Made by a program: the position numbers and the translations under genes
Shown here: positions 31,761 to 62,759 of the stretch, piece after piece
How the letters are laid out: the number at the start of each line of letters is the position of its first letter
Position numbering within the stretch: the first letter of the stretch is position 1
Notes under the pieces: model-generated
The model's database searches: none
What the model was told of the DNA's origin: nothing
What the model saw: only the letters and a program-made list of their open reading frames with translations
Source of the DNA: Chrysomallon squamiferum
Lineage: Eukaryota; Animalia; Mollusca
DNA: 64,000 nucleotides
Direction: 5' to 3'
Assembly (NCBI GenBank): GCA_012295275.1
Contig: CM022679.1
Coordinates: forward strand, 29,326,001-29,390,000

Positions 31761-33933
31761 ACAAAAGGAATGAAATCTTAGAGATAAAGTAGAATGAAGT
31801 CACACATGCAGACTAGAATTTACTAGAACACAAGTAAAAACATCCCACAGCTGTTGTCTAAGCAACCAAAAAAATGAGGGTGTTCGTTTTGTAGGAATCT
31901 CATTTTTGTTTCATGAAAACCTTGTTACATGGAAAGTGTTAATAATTTAATATTCTATTTTCAACAAACTTAATCTGAATCCTAATGTGACTGAAGTTAA
32001 CAGTTAGGATATTTGGATAACATTCTGAAAGACTCTGCTACGACTGTTTCACTTTACTTCTTCAGAAACTGATTCAAGAAAGAATGGTTTTAAAATTTTA
32101 TGCATGATATTTTTATTTATTTATTTATTTATTTATTAATCAACATATGTTGTGTGATGATTGGATTAAAGTTTCAATTACATTATTAACAGAGTGATTA
32201 ATTGAAATCCTTGTTGTTTATTTACTCACTCGACAAGAAAATGGACGCAGTGTATTGTGTGATAATTCAGAAATCAAAATATTTACTCCACAGAATTCCT
32301 GAACTGTGCAAATGATGAATTACAAGAACTGCAAAATAATTATATTATATATGAAATGTGCAATTTCAGAATGACTTTAAAGAAAAAGCATTTAAGTTCA
32401 TGAAATATTTAACATACATCCTTTCGGGTTGCAGTTATTAGTAATAATTATTATTTGAATATTTTGCAATATATATTTACTTTGTTATTGTTGCTGGGTA
32501 GATTGTTTGTTTTGTTTTATTCCACACATTCTTACTGGATACAGACCATTTTCCATGGCATTTTTTATTATTATTTTACTTTTTTTTTCATTTGGAATAA
32601 TCACAGAACAAAAAAGTATATAATATCATTTATCATTTAATTTATTTTTTAGAATGTAAAATTATTTCTGTTAAGGACAGTGGTTTCAAATATGATTTGT
32701 CACAGTGTTATATCAAAGACTGATATATAGAAACAAAAGGATAAAATTCAAGTATATAAAATATATAAATATGTTTTCATCACCAAAGGTACTCTCAATT
32801 TTTGTGAAGACAAGGCATTTTGTAACTTGAAATTTGATAAATACAAATTTGTTTTAATTTTAATGGTAATATGTGGATATATTTAATAAATTTAATTGCA
32901 TTTATAAAGTGTGGACACAAACTATTATTGTTTAAAAAAAAAAAAAATCATAAAATGTTAATACATGGAAATACTGTGACACAAATTAATTTCATTGATA
33001 TTTCATTACTTTTTTTATTATTATTAATTTTATATGTTTCTCCATCACATAATAGTTTATATAAATATTTTTTTTTTTTTTACCTTCTTCTTTTAACATG
33101 GACAGGTTTGTATATGTGGAATTGTTATCCTTTAATGTCTTCAATAATTGGTCAGTACAGCATTTTTGTTTGTTTTAGTTGTTACTTTTTGTAAAAAAAA
33201 AAATTTGTTAACATTCCATACTGAATAAAAATCAGTTTTACGTTTTGTTCTGGCTTGATGTTTTATGTTCTCAATGCACCTAATAAACAATTTGTATTTT
33301 AAAAAATTAATAAATAGAAAAATAGAAAAATCTAATAAAAATGTGTATTACTGAAATGAAAATATGTGAAATGGCAGAAAATAAATAAATAGAAATACTT
33401 TTTTTTTAGAACAGCTAAATAGATGCAACAAGTTATTTTTCTCATAATTATATTCACACAAGCCATGAAGCATTTAATCCGAATGTTTAAAATTAAATAA
33501 TAAAGAATACGCGACAAGCTTTATTCAAGTTCTGTAACTCCGTCAGACTTATCAAGTCCCATAACTGCGATTCCTACAAAATGTATATCTTTGTAATAAT
33601 CAGTAAATCTGTAGAGATAATAGTATGTGCGTGTGTGTATAAGAGATAAATAGTATATAGCGTTTTGTTTTATTGATCGCCTTCACAAGAACATATTTGT
33701 TTTATTAATTTCACATCGTTAACAAGGCGCCTATTTTCATATTATAAAGGCTAAAATAATTGGGCAATATACATAGTTTTTTACAGACAGGCGTGAAACA
33801 TTACTGGTGGGGTCTTGGAAACAGTTCATTCATATTAGATCGATAGTGCATCATAACAACACATTATCACTGATATAGGATTTTTTCTTCTTTTTTTCTA
33901 TCTTTTTTTTTTTTTCCCCTAAATTTAAAAATG

Positions 33934-33968
<35 letters not shown>

Positions 33969-34633
33969 ATATCGGTGAAAATAAAATGTTTGAAACTGGG
34001 TGCTGTGAAAACTGATTTAAGTGCAAGCTTCGCCCTACCGATTCCACTGAGTATTTCTGTTGTTAATTCTGTTGTTACTATATCGGCCGAAAAACCATGT
34101 TTTTAAACAGTTCATTTTATTTTATTTACTTCTTATATTTAAATTTTCATTTATTTATTTATCATTATAATTTCTTTGTGAATAATAATGATAATAATAC
34201 TAACAACAACAACAACAAAAGCAATAATAATAATAATAAACGTATTCTAGTCATTTAAATAATTGATAATCGTATTTAATATCATTTCTAAAGATTAACT
34301 CACGTGACGAAAACTGAACTGCACGAGAATGTTCGTGCATCATGCGTGAAATGAAATCAGCTTGTCTGCCAGTGACGGATACAGTGGCGCCACCTGTGGA
34401 CATTATTGCAGTTACTTTCCAGTTTAATTTGTATAATAAAAATGACTGACAGCTAAAAATGACTTTTTTCTCTCTTTCACATATATTTTCTTTAAACGTT
34501 TTTTCTTTCATTCTCTCATACATTCACGTTATTTCTCACGTGATTTTTATTTTGTTCTAAAGTGTTGTTTTGACACCCTCCCCCCTAAAAATAATGTTTT
34601 GACCCGCCACTGGAGGTTCGTTCACTGGAAGCT

Positions 34634-34742
34634 TATAAAAAGGTTCGACAGTTTATTTAAAGCATAAATCTTGTCTGTTTCTCTGTTAGTCACATCTTGC
34701 ACGCTCATCAAAGCTGTAATCTGAGGGGAAAAAAAACCTTAG
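34634..34742 (+). promoter_or_regulatory. TATA box and non-coding first exon of the orphan secreted-protein gene
   Basis: TATAAAA at 34634-34640, donor ag|gtgagc at 34742/34743, acceptor ttttcag| at 34963 one base before the ATG. Confidence 0.6.
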
Positions 34743-34964
34743 GTGAGCAAGAAATTTTATTTTGCAAATACGAATACATTAAAATGTAGTTTCAACCATT
34801 CTGTCATATACTATATAAAAATAAATATACAAGCAAACATTTCCATTGTGCATGCCTTCGTGCACCAACTTCATTAGTTAAATGTATTTCGTTGTACATG
34901 TTGTTATAAAAAAATTTTCGTCTTCTTCTTCTTCTTCTTATTATTATCAATTTACATTTTCAGA

Positions 34965-36234
34965 ATGAAGCCAGCGTGTGTGTTTATTTTTATCACCGTT
35001 TCTGCACTAAGTCTGACTGCCAGTAAACACGTCAACAGTCACGTCATCAGTCACGTCATCAAACGAAACGTCCCCGCTACGCGATCGCCGTCTGAAGCGA
35101 CTAAAGACGTAACCCAAACTCTGGGCGACGTGAACTCGCTTATCAAAGACCTCGCAAACAGCGAAACGTTCGAAGGAAAGAATTATTCAGACGTAGAAAG
35201 GAAAATGGTGAACATCGCGGTAAAAATTCTCACAGTGTGTACAGAGATTGAAGAGTTACTCAGCGAGGAAAAGTATTTGGAAACTAAGAAACAGGAAGAA
35301 AAGGGAAAGGAGAAATTTGGAGAAAAGGGAAATGAGAAGCAGGAAGAAAAGGGAAAGGAGAAAGTCGGAAAAAGGAAATGAGAAACAGGAAGAAAAGGGA
35401 AAGGAGAAAGTCGGAGAAAAAGGAAATGCGAAGCAGCAACAAAACGGAAATGAGAAAGGCACAGAAAAGGGGAAAAACGGAATGGAGCAGCAGAAGGAAA
35501 AGGGGAAAGGTAAAAAAGACGGAAAGGGTGATGGAGAAACTGATATGAACAAAGAAAATGGCAAAGAACAGCAAAAGGACGTAATAAACTTGAAAAAACT
35601 GTTTAACATTCTGTCATCTGAGAATATTGCAGATGTTTATGAAGAAAATAATGAGAGTTTAAACGCACTGGAGAAGCCGCCGGATAAAGACATGTTACCT
35701 TTCAACAAAGATAAACTTCAGGAATCCATATTGGATGAAACTGAACAAGTAATAACAGACGAACTTGTCGCTAACGAACCTTCAGAAACCCAGGCTTCCT
35801 TTAAAGATGAATCGAATAAGACGCAGGGAACTACAGCGGCAGTTAGACTGCCTACACACACCACAAACCCGAAGCCAACACAAAAATCACCCGAAGCAGA
35901 AAAATCAAACGAAAGAATTGTGAAAGCTCTACAAGAACTCGTGACTTACATGAAACATCGAAGTAACGGGGATTTGAAGACGTCTTCCAAAGGCAGACGT
36001 AAACGAGACGTGATGACGTATTTCACAGACAGGGAGAAGCGTGATCTGGAGTCTGATGGGAATTCTCCGTTCTACCTGGAGCAGGTGGTTGCCAAGCAGG
36101 AAGACGTAACAAAAGAAATTCACGTGCGGTGCCTAATTGATGATTATGTAACGGACATGATGTCTAACGTATGTGAACATCTGAACAACAAGGTTAAAAA
36201 CATGTACAGCGAAATTGTCAACAAAACCCCTTAA
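34965..36234 (+). CDS. Orphan secreted precursor-like protein (signal peptide, K/E/G-rich 48-bp repeats, dibasic sites); apparent 2-nt frameshift near 35370
   Basis: ORFs 34965-35381 and 35248-36234 overlap and join if 2 nt are restored in the second repeat copy (gtcggaaaaaggaaat vs gtcggagaaaaaggaaat); signal peptide MKPACVFIFITVSALSLTA; KR, RRKR, KR sites; ~423 aa corrected. Confidence 0.7.
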
Positions 36235-36741
36235 TTCAGCATCTACGACACGACACACTTTGGATTTTGGTAAGCAGTTTTGAATTTTGAATGAACTAAA
36301 CAAAATGCAACCGTAATCTGGTTCTGTTAAAAAATATTTATATACCAACTGCTGTAAAATTAATTTTAAGAAAGAAGCACTACCCTTTCCCTCCAACCCT
36401 CCCCATGCACACTAATCTCTTATTACTGTTATCCTATTACTGTTCTTGTTGCCAATATTATGGTATTAAATACTGTCATGGTTTCTTTTTCCAGACTGAA
36501 CGATTGGGATATCATAAAAGACTGGTTTTTACGCAGATCCATTTCAGAGGCCATCTCATTGCTACATACACTGTATTCAGTATTTATTTGTCTCATTATC
36601 ATCATCAAAACTAGTTTCATTTTACTTGTATGTATGTATGTATATATGCATCTGTATTTATTATTATTATTCTAAAAAGGAGAAATGGTAGCAAAATTCC
36701 AAGAATATTTTCGTAATTGAATTTTTGATACCTTTCTTGAA

Positions 36742-36780
<39 letters not shown>

Positions 36781-37297
36781 TCACAAAAATAAATAAGAAA
36801 TAAAAAATTATAAACAGTCAGTTGGAAGTCTTGCACGAGTAAATCTCGTATTTGTCAGGGCTCATTTTTATTTTTTTATTTTAACATCTTCACGTCTGTA
36901 TTTGGAAGACCGCAACTGATATTGTCTAAGGAGCGATGAGCTCTGTGTGCCTTCAATAAAACACACAGACAGACAATAACAGAAAATCTACTAAATGTGC
37001 TGGGTTTTTTTACAAGTTCTACACTGATGAAAATGTTTACCTAGTCAGTTGATGGCATCAAAATCAGTTTCTAATTATCAGTTGATAACAGAAACTTCTT
37101 ACTGCTTTTTTTTTTTTTTTTTTTTTTTTTAAACAGACATTCTCTCACTTTCTTCTTTTTTTTTTTAATCATTATTTCTGTTTGGAACAAATAAATCTTA
37201 TGTAAAAATAAAATAAAAACAAAATTCAATTATCAGCAAATTTCTTTAATATTTTGATGACCGATACATTTCTGTGTTAGCAGTTCATAAAATGTTC

Positions 37298-37333
37298 TCA
37301 TTTTCTTGAAGATCCGTCAGCTGCTCTTCTTCC

Positions 37334-37372
<39 letters not shown>

Positions 37373-38717
37373 CCGTAACACTAATTATAACTCTCTCTCT
37401 CAAAAAAAAAAAAAAAAGAACTTACTGTCTTCAGGAAACTCGTCATTTCCACTGAAAATGGAGAAATGTAGAACAAATGTAAAATGTAGAACAATGTAAA
37501 ACAGTAGAAATGTAGAACAATGTAAAACTACAAATGTAAAATGTGGAACAATGTAAAACAGTAGAAATGTAAAATGTAGAACAAAATGTAAAAATACTGA
37601 GTAGAAATTAAAAATTAGAATAAAAGCTAAAATCCAGAGCAGAAATCTAAAATTATTTATTTATTTATTTATATAAAATCTGTTGCAGGCTCTTTTCCCG
37701 TTATAACAAGGACTCTATGACAGGGTTACCAAAAGTCGTAAAATTATTTTAATTATATGTGGGGGGAAAATGTATGAAAACTATTCCTTTCTTCTGACAG
37801 GAGTAACCTAGTGTGCAACAGACAACCGTTTCATCATTTAGTACATTTAGAGAAAATTTATAAAACTCACGTTTTTACATCCCATTCGGATCTGTACTTA
37901 TCACTGAAAAAAACAAAACCAAAAAACATCCAGGTTACCACTACAGTTTCGACTAGTATTAGTATGACCATTAATTCAGCTGTTAACCACAGGCTGAAAA
38001 TCCTTTACCCGAAATGATTGGGATCGGACGTGTTCGGGGTTTCGGAATATCTCGGAATAATAAGGAGTTAGCACGAGAATAGAATCTAGGTGAGAATTCC
38101 ATTTATTTATCGTGTCCAGATATTCCGAAGAAAAGTTTGTATCATTTCTATTTAATAATTTGGGCCATAGAATAAAATGTGTGTATGCAAGAGTCCTAGA
38201 ACTGTAAGATATCCGTGTTTCTGCCGCTCGGAGAAAGTTTCGGATTTAAGAGCTTCTTGGTTTTCGAAATTTCGAATAAGGGATCTTCAACCTGTACTAC
38301 TATTCCTACTACATTTATTATTACTACCATCACAATTATTTGATTTATAATTATTATTATTATTATTATTACCACTACCACCACAAATTCTAATACTACC
38401 TATATTAATACTGCTATCATATTATTTACCACTACTATAAAAAATAAAAAAAATAAATATATATATATTACCACTGTAACTACTGTTTTTGTTAATATCA
38501 CATTATTATTACTATTTTTTCTTTCCTATTTTGTTACTTGAAAACCAGTTAATTTAAGAAGTGATACATTACATACGCTACTTTTAATTGTAAATGTTCT
38601 AACTGAGGTTATTTAACTAACGTACCGGCAGGCTTTCAAGCAGCTGGAAACGCTAGCCTCGGTGATGATGCATGGGGTGAGGATGAGCAACAACAGGAGT
38701 AGTTTTACTGCCAACAT
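37298..38717 (-). CDS. Small secreted CxxxC peptide, micro-exon gene A (61 aa)
   Basis: Exons 38717-38626, 37903-37871, 37451-37426, 37332-37298, all GT-AG, give MLAVKLLLLLLILTPCIITEASVSSCLKACRDKYRSEWDVKTGNDEFPEDRRRAADGSSRK*. Paralogous to gene B in signal exon, exon phases and 3' UTR. Confidence 0.7.
37990..38294. mobile_element. Tigger/pogo-like non-autonomous DNA transposon (MITE)
   Basis: Imperfect TIRs caggctgaaaatcctttacccgaaat ... atttcgaataagggatcttcaacctg, TA on the right flank; the terminus resembles Tigger-type CAGGTTGAGTATCCCTTATCCGAAAT ends (from memory). Confidence 0.75.
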
Positions 38718-38896
38718 TGTTCAGTTAGAATCTGAAATAGAAAAAATATACACTTCATAAAGTACTGCTGCTGTGTATATATATATATGCGTGCATGTAT
38801 GTACGTGTATGCGCGTGTGTGGTCATACGGACATGAGCATTTAGAATGAATACAAAACTGAAAAAGAATTTAAAAAAGATAATAAATGCAATATAC

Positions 38897-39396
38897 CCTG
38901 TGGATTTGTTCGGTTCAGATATCGGGCTGATTTTGTCGTGATTTAGGAATACCTGTGTATCTTATTTATACGTTTAATCAGAATAATTTTGCATCATCTG
39001 TTCCCTCCAAATGAGAGACTGTGACAGCCATTAGTGAGGTTAATTACTGTTTTTGTACTTTTGCTAAAATCTAATCGACATTTGCTTGTGTAAATTAACA
39101 TAATTAATGGTACTTAACACCAATTATGCATTGTTAAGTATGCTATTTTTCACAACAAAATCCCTTTAGTTTGTAATGGATCAACGAGCAGTTTATAAAA
39201 AACTAGTTTTAGCGTCGCACCAGTTTCCATATCAAAAGTACGAGACCACGAATTAATATGAAAATCTGGTTAATTGCTGTCATGGTTTCTGATTTGGCCG
39301 AAGCAGACGGTACTATATTATTCTAATTAAAGGTATAAATAAGGCCAGTAGGTAATGGAAAGTCATAACAGGACTTGAAGCGAAAAGAGCATCAAG
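38897..39396. promoter_or_regulatory. Divergent promoter with two TATA boxes and two non-coding first exons
   Basis: GTATAAATAAG on the minus strand (TATA 38963-38970) and on the plus strand (39334-39341); GT donors at 38896 (-) and 39397 (+). Confidence 0.7.
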
Positions 39397-39436
39397 GTAT
39401 TGCATTCGTTATTATTATTATTATTACTTTAATTAC

Positions 39437-39474
<38 letters not shown>

Positions 39475-39539
39475 TAACACAGACAGCAGCAGTATTTTAT
39501 GAAATATATATTTTTTCTATTTCAGATTCTAATTAAACA

Positions 39540-40620
39540 ATGTTGGCAGTAAAACTACTTCTGTTGTTGCTTATCCTTACCCCATGCATCATTGAGGCAA
39601 ACCTTTCAGGTTGCTTTTATCAATGCTTGTACGTATAGTATTATTATTATTATTTTAAACACAAGAAAAAAGGAGATAATAATAATAAATAGAAAAATAA
39701 AATGAATAAATATTAATAACAATAATAAAAGAATTGTAATAAGTAGATATAGAAGTCGTGATGGCAGAGGTAGCAGTAGTTACAGCCGTAGTATACAATG
39801 ACAGGTAAATGTAGAAGTAGAGGTAGTAGTAGTAGTAATGTAAACTTTTTTTTTTTTTTTTTTTTTTTCAAAACAGTGCCAGTTACCACCCACACTATTA
39901 CGAGTAAGTATCTTTAATTTCAACGTACTGCACACACTAAAAAAATTATAAATGAGATCTGTATTTCTGACACTGTTAGTGATATTCTACAACAGCAGAA
40001 TTTTTATTATGTGCCTCTTCCTGGATAGGAAAGTGCAGACTTTATTATTGTCAAAGCATGATCTCAATACACTTTTAAAACACAGTCGCAGTGTGTACAA
40101 ATGTTTTAGGTTGCTTACATTAAAATAACTTTTAAAATATATTTTATTACTTGCATATGTTATTGTAAAAATACATACAATTTTTTTTATTTATTAATAA
40201 TAATAATAATAAATAGATATAATAATATATATCCCATAACTGAGATTTTTCATAAATTTTGACATAAATGTACTCTATATTTTACACATTTATTGTTTTA
40301 ATGTTCGATCGCTACTCTAAGAATTTTAATTTAAATGGTTATTTCCATTCTGTTTTATATCTGCTCTATGTGTCTATTTTGCATTTTCAGAGATGAGAAT
40401 GGCAATCCTGAAGGTAAGTTTGCTCATTTTTAGATAGAAACAGTGAGAGACAGGGAAGTAAAAGACAGAATGAAATAATGAACGCGAGAGAGTTGGGAAA
40501 AAAGCCAGAAATTACTCAAACTGTTCCGATTATTTTTAAAATATTTTTATTATTGAATTTTTTATTTTTTTATTTTTTTTAGACAGAGCAATTCATACAG
40601 ATCAGGTTCCAAGCAGATGA
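39540..40620 (+). CDS. Small secreted CxxxC peptide, micro-exon gene B (58 aa)
   Basis: Exons 39540-39628, 39877-39903, 40391-40413, 40583-40620 give MLAVKLLLLLLILTPCIIEANLSGCFYQCFASYHPHYYEDENGNPEDRAIHTDQVPSR*; AATAAA at 40666. Confidence 0.7.
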
Positions 40621-41481
40621 AAACATTTACGTGAATTTCTAACCCAGAAATGTGTCGGTCATCAAAATAAAGAAATTTGCTGATAGTTGAATTTTGTTTT
40701 TAATTTACATCATTGTAACGTTTGTTTGTTCAGAACAGAAACAATGGTGAGAAAGTCAGAAAATGTGTTTTAGAAATATCAGTAAGAAATTTGTCTTTGC
40801 TGTCAAAGGGTAATTTGATTCCAACAGCTGTCTTCAGTGACAGTTCCAATTCTTTACTGACTGTCTCAAAGGATTATTTGTCACTCACGCTAGTGTATGC
40901 TGTCTCTCTATATGTGTGCCTGTGTTAAATGTGTTAGATAATTTATGCAGATATAAAAACCTTTTTAAAATTTATTCTGGTACAAATCTGGACACAAATT
41001 ACAAAATGAACGTCTGTGTGATGTGGTTTCTTGACAACTTCTCCAGATGTCTGTAAAATCTGTATAAAAAAACCCCTACATCTATTGCAACATCCTGGAA
41101 AGCTCATTGGAAACGATTCACATTTTTCACATTCAGCTTCACCACTTCTTCTTAAACAGCATCTCTAAAACAGCACATGATTTAAGAAAAAAAAAAAATG
41201 ACGCCTGGATTATGGGATTGCTTGATGACTTCATAAATTTTTTTTTTTATCTAAACCCAGTGACAGACCGTATTTGCTTATAAAAACACTGTGATAAAAA
41301 GTGACTTCTGCAGGAAAAGTCTTTGTTTTAAAATCCAGTTCAGTTTTTTTTTTAACTGCACCCGACTGATTTTATCGGCCTACAGTTTGAAAATTTACGA
41401 TTTTTAAATTATATATTTTAAAGATGTATAATTTCGCAGCTTCTTCTTTCTTCTTCTTGTTCTCTTTCAAACGTCCTACAG

Positions 41482-56328
<14,847 letters not shown>

Positions 56329-56387
56329 TTTTGACAACTACGACGGTAATATTTCGAAAATCAACAAGATGGTAAACTCGAACATCT

Positions 56388-56420
56388 AGTGTTTGAAATG
56401 GCCGCTTCGCGCATGCGCAC
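56388..56420. promoter_or_regulatory. BUB1 core promoter: CHR-like TTTGAA, YY1-like AAATGGCCGC and NRF1-like GCGCATGCGC motifs
   Basis: gtttgaaatggccgcttcgcgcatgcgcac, 60-90 nt upstream of the ATG, in otherwise CpG-poor DNA. Confidence 0.6.
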
Positions 56421-56734
56421 AAGAAAGCCACTAAAGTAGCAGGTTGTTTCGCCTGTGTTGCTTTTCACTCAACTGATCAGTGACGGAATATAAACTTGAC
56501 CTCGCATAGCCCCGCAGTGAAAAAACATTGAAATTGCATTTTATTTTTAAAATTTAACATATTCTAAAGCATTTCTTTAAATTAATAGTTTACTATTGGA
56601 AAACCTGCATAATATTCATTCATTTTAAACTTAACAAAAATAATTATTAAAAAGAAACAAGTGAAAAACTATTTAAAATAAAAATGAAAGAAAAAACATA
56701 AATGTCGAAAACTGATAATTAATAATGTTGACTT

Positions 56735-57300
56735 ATGATCAAGACACAACGTCATATAAATCTTTAAAAATACGAGTATATATTTCTAATAACAAATAAA
56801 GACAGAGCAGTGGTCTTACAGTCGACATATCTGTAACGTAAACATCACATTAAAATATACACGTATCTGTCAACGTTGAAATACATACGTAACCGTCAAC
56901 AGTAATATATACATATAATTGTCAACATTAAAATATACATGTATCTGTCAACATTAGAATATACATGTAACTGTCGACATTCAAATATACACATAACTGT
57001 CAACATTAAAATATTCACGTAACTGTCAACATTGAAATATTCACGTAACTGTCAACATTAAAATATACATGTAACCATCAGCATTAACATATAAACCTAA
57101 CTGTCAGCAATAAAATATACACACAACTGTGAACATTAAATTATACATGTAACTGTCAACATTATAATATTCATGTGTAGCTATGCATGTATGCATATGC
57201 ATAGGCAGATAGATGGTTAGGTATATATTTTGAGGTTGGCAAACAGAAGTTTGAACTTGTATGATATTTGGTATGGGCGTGGTGCTATTTACAATAAATG
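56735..57300 (-). pseudogene. Truncated, degenerate 5' end of a CxxxC peptide paralog
   Basis: ttacag|atATGtcgact (ATG 56828-56826) and intron/promoter sequence at 57130-57295 match gene C (60660-60910); the frame MSTVRPLLCLYLLL... loses similarity and stops without CxxxC. Confidence 0.55.
56845..57170. repeat. 26-bp minisatellite (~12 copies)
   Basis: attaaaatatacacgtaactgtcaac units; only about one unit is present in the paralogous intron near 60700. Confidence 0.9.
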
Positions 57301-57482
57301 ATTAACTATTTTAAAGTTCATTGTACTTTGTTATTGTTCAAAATTCAGGTTGAGTTTATCGATCGACATTTTCCTAAATTCTTTAAAAGATTTTTACATA
57401 CTGCTAACTGAATGGAGTGTTATAGATTTTCGTAATTAAAATATTTCGTTCATTATGATAAATCAGCGTTCATTTAGTATTC

Positions 57483-60658
<3,176 letters not shown>

Positions 60659-61789
60659 ATCTATAATACATTGAAATATAAACATAATTATGAACATTAA
60701 AATATACACGTAACTGTTAAAATTAAAATATTTATGTCTGGCTATGCGTGTATGTATGTAGATAGAAATATAGATGGTTAGGTAATAATTTTTAAGTTGA
60801 CATGTACAATGAATACAATCAAAACATACCTTCAAAGTGTTCTCTTTTCTACAGTCCAAAGAGCAAGTTCAAGCTGGTATGAATTTTCGTTTGAACGTGC
60901 TGCTATTTATTTACAAATTCGTTTAATATAGCAAATGTGTTTAACACACTACACTCAGTTACACATTGTTAACAGAGCCGTTAGAAATAAATGATTACAA
61001 TTACTTATAAATAGATTCACCTATTTAATTAATTATAAAATGATAATTAACATTTCACTGCTCACTTAGTATTTATAAATCACTTTATTTACTTTAGGAA
61101 GTTTTTTGGTTATTGATATTTAGTGATATTGAAGTAATCAGTTCTGTGATTTGGATGTTAATCGAATGTGAATTCTGTTTTCAGTGCTGTCACACTTGAA
61201 ACAGGACAACAAAATTTTCTTGGAGAATATTCAGTCAAATGATTATTAATTATTGTATTGCAAAATACACTTTCTCTAGTTGTAATTCAAAACGTTACTC
61301 TTTGGAAACCAATGTTCAAATTTTAAAAAAGTCCTTAATCGTAATTCAAAAATTTCAAGATTCAGGGCTGAGAGCTAATTTTAGCTGATTAATCACAACG
61401 TACGGTTACCTTACTTTCATATTATTATTAATTAATCTAATAATTGAATATACTTACCTTATTTACATATTAAGTAACGTAATAATGAAATATGCTAATT
61501 CATTTCAGTGTGTGTTTCTATTCCGTTCAACACGTTTTAGTACACTAGACAGCTTCTTGTCAATTACAGTAAATAAAACCAAAGTTCAAATTTTTAAACA
61601 GTCTTTAACCGTAATTCAAAAATTTTCATCTTTCTTTGATTTAGACCATGAGAAATCATCTCTCTTTTGTCAGTCGAATTATATGCATATTTAAAATAGC
61701 TTTCATCTCTCTCATAATGTATTCATTTTTCATTGTATATAGATATCGGCTCCTCGACTGACACTTTTTCTGTCATTGGTTATTTGAGA

Positions 61790-62060
61790 AAAGTGGCCAT
61801 CTCAAATATTAGATGTTCGAGTTTGCAATCTTGATGATTTTCGAAATATTACAGACCTAACTGTCAAAAATGGCTGGTTCTTTGCATGATAGAGTACCAA
61901 TGTTCTCAGACAAAGTTGAAAATTTATTCTGCTTTGCAGCCTCACTCCGAGGATCAACAAAAAATAAAAGAGGAAAAAGAGTGAGCTTGATGAAGTGAAA
62001 CTTCATGTTTTAACTTAAAATTTCAGAAGATCTGTAGACGTTATTCATAATACTAGGTGT
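61790..62060 (+). pseudogene. Inverted, degenerate copy of BUB1 5' UTR, exon 1 and start of intron 1
   Basis: Matches the reverse complement of 56110-56403 (tgtcaaaaATGgctggttc ... ctgctttgcagcctcactccgaggatcaacaaaaaat ... ga|gtgag ... gaagatctgtagacgttattcataatact); the KEN-coding segment is deleted and the frame is shifted. Confidence 0.9.
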
Positions 62061-62623
62061 TTTCTTTTTCATTTTGTTTTAAATCATTTTTCGGATTAAA
62101 AAAAAAATTCATTCGTGAAATAAGATATGATTTTCAAAAAACGAAAAGGAAAAAAGAAGAAGAAAAAAGCTTATCTAATTTATTACGATTATTTTTATGT
62201 CAGTCGTTAGTATAACATTTAACATTTTAGTTTTCAAAAGATGGAAAGTAAAGGAAGATAAAAACAGAAGAAAAGGAAACAACAAGATATGTTTTAAGGA
62301 TCATATTTTATTCATCATTCAGTTTTAGAAATAAAATGATGTTTTCATGGTTGTCTTCGAAACCAATTGATTCACGTCCCTTTTCAGCTGAAAAATGAAT
62401 TAAAGCTTTTATTACAATCTACACATTTTCCAAGAAAACACATCAGTATATAAATACATGTAGTTTGAACTGTTCATATAATTAACGTGCTTCATTAGTA
62501 AGAATTAAACTTTGTTATTAATTAAAACCGAAAACCGTGTTAATTCTTCTCTCTCCGTACATAATGGTTATTATCTTTTCTCATCTTGAACTTAAAATTG
62601 TACCGTTATTTTTTTTTTTTTTT

Positions 62624-62671
<48 letters not shown>

Positions 62672-62759
62672 TTAAATATAGTTCATATATAAGATAAACT
62701 GATAACGTTTTCTTATATGTCAACGTTCCAAAAACATAGAAAGTTGTTTTATTTATATT

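Noticed and set aside
35256-35609. Minus-strand Phe/Ser/Pro-rich ORFs
   Set aside because: Antisense shadows of the purine-rich repeat in the plus-strand gene.
61270-61630. Short local duplication (aaacca.gttcaaatttt...cgtaattcaaaaattt)
   Set aside because: Two degenerate copies with no coding or terminal-repeat structure; uninformative.
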